From Pavona decussata (lineage: Eukaryota): a stretch of 64,000 nt of DNA. The translations under genes were made by a program, and so were the position numbers. Below the pieces are notes generated by a model, which saw nothing but the letters and a program-made list of their open reading frames with translations, had not been told where the DNA came from and made no database searches. The stretch is taken from the NCBI GenBank assembly GCA_977016875.1, contig CDRNST010000104.1, positions 5,332,001-5,396,000 of the forward strand, given 5' to 3'. Below are positions 62,266 to 64,000 of this stretch, in pieces. How positions within the stretch are numbered: the stretch's first letter is position 1; each line of letters starts with the position of its first letter.

Positions 62266-63770
62266 CTCTTGAGCTGAACATGTAATGAAATATGTTTCAA
62301 TAAAAAAGTAATAACAATAATCCTACCTCTACTCTCATAAAGGTAGTCAAGATAAAATCTACCAATAATCTTGGGATTGTTATTCGATGTCCATGTTCGC
62401 AAAAAAATTGATGCGACTATGATATGTCTTGCCCGCCATATACGCCCAAGGGGAACATGGCTTTCTGGTAGCCACATAATTTATCATGTCCATCCAGAGA
62501 CATGGTGCAGTCTGGTCCCTACAAAACAAATGAGAATTAATTCAGCTGTTAAAACACAAATATAATATGTATTTACTATATGCCTCAATGTGAGACCATG
62601 TGGTGACACAAACATACAGAAGTGGTGGGTGCGTGTAACACTGTGTTGTTACTATACACTGTAGATTTGATTTTGCTATCTCCTGAGGACAGATTTCTGC
62701 ACAGTCCCATACATGCATCATTTTACATACTAACCTTGTTCCAAAAACACCAAGCATGGGTAGAGTTTGAGCCACAAAATGCATACATAATTAAGTATGG
62801 GGCTGTGAGGAAATCTTGCATAGGGTTTCCTTAATTTCTGAAAATTAGTTTCAGTACTAAGAAGCATGGTACAGTACCGCCTAGAACTATAGACCCATTT
62901 GCCGCGTCGTTGCCGCGGGACCTACTTGCGGGTTTCCCTCGGTATTCCCGCGGTACGACGAATTTTTGCCTCGGTTTGGTTGCGGTATCGCTCCAAAGTT
63001 GCCGCGGGAAAGTTCACCGAGGTAAAACCTCGGTAAAGAAAAGACGCGGTAGAGTTTAAATACGCTTTTGTCTCCGTTGTGTTTTGGTTCGTCAACTTCT
63101 AATGGCAAAATCGCACCAAAGAGCATTAACTAGGGAGGACGATCATTTGCGATACACATAAGACGTTTTGGCCTTTGAAACATGCAAAGAGAATTGATAA
63201 TCCAACCACATTTGAAAATCGTTTCACGGAGATTCTGATTATCGCAAAAGTCATGAAGACTTCATGTGGACTAGGCGCGCATTCAATCAATGCTTTAGCT
63301 TCGAAGCATGTATTTGCGATTAAGAAAACTAGCACACTTGAATCAATCGGCACTCGGTCTGTGGAGTTCGGTTTTCCGGACCTAAATCACTTTTATTCAT
63401 TGAAGTTTTATTCACATACACCGTACGTGGACAGAAAGAAAACAAAGAATACGTATTTCGACATGTTTTGTGTCAATTTAAACACTTTTCGCTTCTGACG
63501 TGACCTGCAACACGGTAGCGTTACATTATCCGCGGTTTGTTAGGTATCGCATTCAAAGTCATTTCAAATGTAAGTGTAGAGAAGCGAGCAAACAACTTAT
63601 AAATCAAAAACAGGATTGCTCATGAGAGAACGCAACAATACTCGCAAGATGTCAACAAAAAATCGACCGTTGCATTGTTCCACAACAATGTGAGAGTTGT
63701 GGATGCTTACGTAACAGATTCGAGCACGTGACGACAACAGAACACAGCACACACACTCGTGTTGATCGCG

Positions 63771-64000
63771 ATGGTTCGAACATCAGAGTAGGTAAAATTG
63801 AGAATTTTGGCCTTCTATAGGCAGAATTTCAAGATTTCCCAGGCTGTCCGTGAATTAAGTCTAGAGGGAAAGAAAATCACAAGAAAAACTGTCTCGAAAT
63901 ACTACAAGAAGTTCAGGAACAAATTGACGTTGAGCGAGTTACCTCGCTCAGGTCGTCCATCCTTGCTCGAGCGAAGGCATTACAACTTCATTGACGCTAA
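63771..64000 (+). pseudogene. Tc1/mariner-like transposase N-terminus (runs off the window)
   Basis: MVRTSE*VKLRIL...ISQAVREL...ITRKTVSKYYKKF...LPRSGRPS is an HTH plus GRP motif, with a stop at codon 7. Confidence 0.7.

Noticed and set aside
62889-63700. New element or gene in the GC-richer block (ORFs 62887-63498)
   Set aside because: No recognisable motifs and no partner terminus within the window. It may be the left end of the Tc1-like element but this is unsupported.

Overview
Eukaryotic, AT-rich, intron-containing DNA that looks like a cnidarian (coral-like) genome; the taxon is inferred from the repeat families. It consists almost entirely of nested transposable elements, and I recognise no ordinary host gene. 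Main elements: (1) an 11.6-kb CACTA/EnSpm-type element (39484-51077, CCCTT/AAGGG ends, TT TSD). It carries a 4-exon transposase broken only by an 8-bp duplication and a divergent, fully open 6-exon BEN-domain gene, and is flanked by arrays of the palindrome AAGTATACTT. (2) An ISL2EU-type element (32998-38164, AT TSD) whose accessory gene fuses SWIM, YqaJ nuclease, two PHD fingers and a Ulp1-like protease. (3) An IS3EU-type element (54459-58648, GAAGTC TSD) with ~730-bp inverted arms that include the start of its transposase, inserted in an alpha-kinase-like pseudogene that converges on a second, spliced integrase. (4) A BEL/Pao element with both LTRs and a TSD inside a Harbinger. Also present are remnants of Gypsy, DIRS, hAT, AcademH, piggyBac, Tc1, LINE, SINE and MITE elements, plus tandem repeats. 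Family names come from motif recognition by eye; no database search was run.
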